Below, one piece after another: positions 31,201 through 35,350 of a stretch of DNA of 35,350 nucleotides (within the stretch, counting starts at the first letter, position 1; every line of letters begins with the position of its first letter). The stretch lies in assembly GCA_008632985.1 (NCBI GenBank), contig QPGO01000110.1:248001-283350 (forward strand), written 5' to 3'. The notes beneath the pieces are model-generated. The model was given only the letters and a program-made list of their open reading frames with translations. It searched no databases and was not told the origin of the DNA. Source of the DNA: Psammoneis japonica. Its lineage: Eukaryota. The translations under genes were made by a program, and so were the position numbers.

Positions 31201-33607
31201 AGAGGCGCAACCACATGGTTTGGGTGCAAGACCATGTGAGGGATTGGAGCGGTGAAGCAATTGAGCACGTGCACGCCAGCACACACATGTTCTCAACTCA
31301 CAATGACCTGCCCTGGGTGAGCGGCGTTGTCAACCGTGGGACAAATGCTCGCCAGTGCAAGGAGCATTGGGGCTGCATCACGACTCACCAAGACAGGCAA
31401 GGAGGGTGCACTGGGTCAACAGCACTGGCCACAATGAAGGAGAGAAAGAGCTGATGGATGACTTTGCAGTGGGTGTGTGTGATGATGCAAAACTGGTCAT
31501 TGACAGGGGAGACGTTTCAAGATTGAGACAGAAGTCGAGCGTCAGCTTGCCGACTTGTGGAGTGGATGAGACAGGCACTTGCAGACCATTGGGAGAAACA
31601 TCAGCAAGGGGAGGCTCTTGCAGACCAGCGATGGACAAGAAGGACATTGTTTGCGATGCACTGAAACTGGCAAAGTGGCTCCAGCATGACATTGTGCGAG
31701 ACTGCCATGAAAGACTTTGGCTCTGTGAGGAAATGGAGTTCCTCCTGTTGTCTCCAAGGAGAGTCAATGAACGGACACTGGACATTGTCGCAAAGGAGGA
31801 TGGTGAGTGGGAGAACTTTCACACAAGGAGAGAGGAAATGCGCTGGGTGGAGAGACGTCATTGCGCTGAAGTTGACGAATTTGTGAGAGTGGTCGGAGTG
31901 GAGACGAGGGCTTTCACCAGCATGACTGGTTGTTCCGACGTCGGGCAATGCAGCAGGTTTGGAGTTACAAGGTCAGAGGGAGATGACAAACTGGACCAGA
32001 AAAAACGATTTGGCACCAAAAAGGATGGATGTGCTTGGGCCCCAACAGCAAACCGGAGCGTCGTTAAAGCAGGTGAGGGGTTTGTTCATTGCAGCAAAAG
32101 TGGAATGCTTGTGCACGCCATTTGCGCTGTGGAAGTGGATTTTGACATTGCAGCAAAAGAGAGGTTTGAACTGGAATTCGCAGGGATTCAAAATTTTCAA
32201 AAGACAACGAGGAGTGGCAAAACAAACAAGTTGCACACACATCAAAAGATTTGGTTGATTCTCCATTGTGTTGCATTTGAGAAAAGAGAACCGTTGGTGG
32301 AAAGCATGAGATTTTTTGAAAATTTCCCAACGGCAAAATCAGCCAGGGACACAAGGCATGGAGCCACCCACAATTGGCAACAGCAGCACAGGCAATGGCG
32401 AGGAAGAAGAAGAAAGAAAGTGCGGGGGTGGCTGGAGATCAACCAACCAGCCCAAGGCTGGCCGCGGCGTTGGCGCGGGTGGGAGCCACTGGGGATCACC
32501 AGTTTGCAAAGAGAGAGGCAGAAGAGGTGGCGCAGAAGGAACTTTTCCCAAAGGCAAAGTTCCTTGTCAAGGCGGACATGGCAAGCAGTGGCAAAGTGTC
32601 GCGGCTCATCAGGAAAAGACAGCCGGCGGCAATTGCAGCAAGCAAGACTGGGCAGGAGCATGGGAAGACTGGGCAAAGAAGTGTGCCGCACGCTCAATTG
32701 ACGCAAAAAGGAGTGCGGTCACTCAGGCGATCAAGAACAATGCAGCGACTGGTGAGTGTTTTGTGGTGCACGGCGTGTTGAGCGCAGCTGCACTCAACAC
32801 TGCTGCACCTTAATTTGCTGAAGTCGTGTTGACAGAGAATGAAGCCGAGGAGATGCGCAGTCAGAAGAAGCCAGCAGCAAGAGGCAGAGGAGGGAAGAAG
32901 AGCAAGAAGAGGAAGAAGAATGATCACACAGTGGATGAAGAGCCGTTCCTGGCAACTTGGGAGGAGGAGACAGCTGCAACGATTGTGGAGGACAAGCGCA
33001 AGAACAAGGAAGCACATGCTTGGTTCTGCGAAAACATCCTGAAATTCACAAAGAGCACCACGACATGGAGAAGGAAGGTGGAGTCGGGTGAGACGAAGGC
33101 AGCCGGTCTGGCTGCAGTGAGCGACGAGGCTCTGGGGCTGTTGACGCTGGAAAACTGCTGGAAGAGTTGGGAGCACAAGGCACGTCATGACAAGGCTGTT
33201 GGAGCAGAGGCTCGGATGAAAAGGATGAGGAAGAGTCAGAGCCAACGCCCAAGCACATGGACCCGTCAAGGCAACGCGACTCGTGGAAGGATGCAGGGAC
33301 GCTGCGATTCAACGAACTGCTCGCAGAAGCAAAGAAAGACAGGTTGAGTGAGGAGGGCATGCAGTTTGACACATGGCACAGCGAAGGCAAGAAAAGGAAG
33401 AGTGACAAAAGAGGCAAGGGATTGAAAAGAGAGAGACAGCCAGTGGAGAAGGAGGCAAGTGCACAGGCAACGACAGAGCTTTCAAGTGACAACAAGGAGA
33501 AGGAGGAAGAGGAAACGGACAAGAACAGAGGAGACAAGGAAAGCGAGGAGGAGGATGAAGACAGCGATGTGGGAAGCGAAACGAGCGCAGATGCAGGCAA
33601 TGAGTGA
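28255..33607 (+). pseudogene. Degenerate subtelomeric multi-ORF element, probably a large TE remnant
   Basis: Long co-oriented Tyr-free coding stretches at 28255-29540, 30398-32280 and 32350-33607. The last has VSDEALGLLTLENCWKSW...SWKDAGTLRFNELLAEAKKDR, an acidic tail and a probable GTGAGT intron at ~32752. Confidence 0.5.
29547..29941 (+). mobile_element. Family A MITE, 395 bp
   Basis: GACGCATTCCAG...CTGGAATGCATC. Flanks TTGA and TCGA (4 bp TSD with one CpG transition). Colinear with 14563-14958. Confidence 0.9.
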
Positions 33608-33903
33608 GCTGCGATGTGAAAAGGCAGCGGAGGCTTTTGTCAGTGTGAGAATGGAAAGCAGACAAGCAGCGCAGCAGGCTTCAATGCAAACAGTTGCAAG
33701 GTTCAACAAGGCATTTTGGGGATCATCGATGTGTGATCTGACCTTTCATTTGACAACCAGTGTTTGCAACAGAAGGTTCTTTAAACCCAAGAAATGCAGC
33801 GATCAGCGCTGTTTTGTCATTGAGCACAACGATTTGAACTTCGCTTTAAAAAGGCAAAAAGGGGCGGCACTCTGACAGCCAAGGGTGGGATCCCATGGGA
33901 CAA

Positions 33904-33930
33904 GGGTTGGGGTTGGGGTTGGGGTTGGGG
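33904..33930 (+). repeat. Variant proximal telomeric repeats (TTGGGG)x4
   Basis: GGG(TTGGGG)4 immediately before the gap. Confidence 0.85.
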
Positions 33931-34734
33931 NNNNNNNNNNNNNNNNNNNNNNNNNNNNNNNNNNNNNNNNNNNNNNNNNNNNNNNNNNNNNNNNNNNNNN
34001 NNNNNNNNNNNNNNNNNNNNNNNNNNNNNNNNNNNNNNNNNNNNNNNNNNNNNNNNNNNNNNNNNNNNNNNNNNNNNNNNNNNNNNNNNNNNNNNNNNNN
34101 NNNNNNNNNNNNNNNNNNNNNNNNNNNNNNNNNNNNNNNNNNNNNNNNNNNNNNNNNNNNNNNNNNNNNNNNNNNNNNNNNNNNNNNNNNNNNNNNNNNN
34201 NNNNNNNNNNNNNNNNNNNNNNNNNNNNNNNNNNNNNNNNNNNNNNNNNNNNNNNNNNNNNNNNNNNNNNNNNNNNNNNNNNNNNNNNNNNNNNNNNNNN
34301 NNNNNNNNNNNNNNNNNNNNNNNNNNNNNNNNNNNNNNNNNNNNNNNNNNNNNNNNNNNNNNNNNNNNNNNNNNNNNNNNNNNNNNNNNNNNNNNNNNNN
34401 NNNNNNNNNNNNNNNNNNNNNNNNNNNNNNNNNNNNNNNNNNNNNNNNNNNNNNNNNNNNNNNNNNNNNNNNNNNNNNNNNNNNNNNNNNNNNNNNNNNN
34501 NNNNNNNNNNNNNNNNNNNNNNNNNNNNNNNNNNNNNNNNNNNNNNNNNNNNNNNNNNNNNNNNNNNNNNNNNNNNNNNNNNNNNNNNNNNNNNNNNNNN
34601 NNNNNNNNNNNNNNNNNNNNNNNNNNNNNNNNNNNNNNNNNNNNNNNNNNNNNNNNNNNNNNNNNNNNNNNNNNNNNNNNNNNNNNNNNNNNNNNNNNNN
34701 NNNNNNNNNNNNNNNNNNNNNNNNNNNNNNNNNN
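33931..34734. other. Assembly gap (804 N)
   Basis: Run of N. Confidence 1.
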
Positions 34735-34880
34735 GGGTTAGGGTTAGGGTTAGGGTTAGGGTTAGGGTTAGGGTTAGGGTTAGGGTTAGGGTTAGGGTTA
34801 GGGTTAGGGTTAGGTTAGGGTTAGGGTTAGGGTTAGGGTTAGGGTTAGGGTTAGGGTTAGGGTTAGGGTTAGGGTTAGGG

Positions 34881-34921
<41 letters not shown>

Positions 34922-35350
34922 GGTTAGGGTTAGGGTTAGGGTTAGGGTTAGGGTTAGGGTTAGGGTTAGGTTAGGGTTAGGGTTAGGGTTAGGGTTAGGG
35001 TTAGGGTTAGGGTTAGGGTTAGGTTAGGGTTAGGGTTAGGGTTAGGGTTAGGGTTAGGGTTAGGGTTAGGGTTAGGGTTAGGGTTAGGGTTAGGGTTAGG
35101 GTTAGGGTTAGGGTTAGGGTTAGGGTTAGGGTTAGGGTTAGGGTTAGGGTTAGGGTTAGGGTTAGGGTTAGGGTTAGGGTTAGGGTTAGGGTTAGGGTTA
35201 GGGTTAGGGTTAGGGTTAGGGTTAGGGTTAGGGTTATGGTTAGGGTTAGGGTTATGGTTATGGTTATGGTTAGGGTTATGGTTTAGGGTTAGGGTTAGGG
35301 GTTATGGTTAGGGTTAGGGTTAGGGTTAGGGGTTAGGGTTAGGGTTAGGG
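34735..35350 (+). repeat. Telomere (TTAGGG)n
   Basis: About 100 tandem TTAGGG units to the end of the window, G-rich strand pointing outward. Confidence 0.99.

Noticed and set aside
33885..35027. ORFs of 380 and 307 aa (VRVRVR/LGLGLG)
   Set aside because: Translations of the N gap and telomeric repeats.
35230..35350. TTATGG, TTAGGGG and TTTAGGG variants in the distal telomere
   Set aside because: Located at the contig end, where read errors are likely, so not interpretable.

Overview
Eukaryotic chromosome end, most likely from a diatom (inferred from a CoDi-type Ty1/copia element, a bipartite plastid-targeting presequence, short GT-AG introns and a TTAGGG telomere). Two gene islands (about 3.3-7.4 kb and 16.2-25.7 kb) hold a secreted Cys-rich protein, a DUF1501 pseudogene, a vWA-like gene with an internal stop, acyl-CoA dehydrogenase, a plastid CGFS glutaredoxin, a SAM methyltransferase, a membrane protein, a second pseudogene and a GT31 galactosyltransferase. 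They alternate with repeat blocks: 1-2.8 kb; a 6.6 kb copia element plus nested MITEs at 7.6-15.9 kb; and a subtelomere at 25.9-33.9 kb, followed by an N gap and the telomere. The main result is that repeat DNA shows a strong, directional TpA to TpG/CpA hypermutation on both strands. All 10 differences between the two LTRs are of this type, conserved Tyr codons in pol have become Cys or His, target-site duplications have diverged the same way, and the innermost telomeric repeats read TTGGGG. Host genes are spared. This resembles a repeat-targeted DNA mutagenesis system acting in the opposite direction to fungal RIP. I cannot tell from the sequence whether it has been described, and the responsible enzyme is not evident in this window. 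Counts were made by eye.
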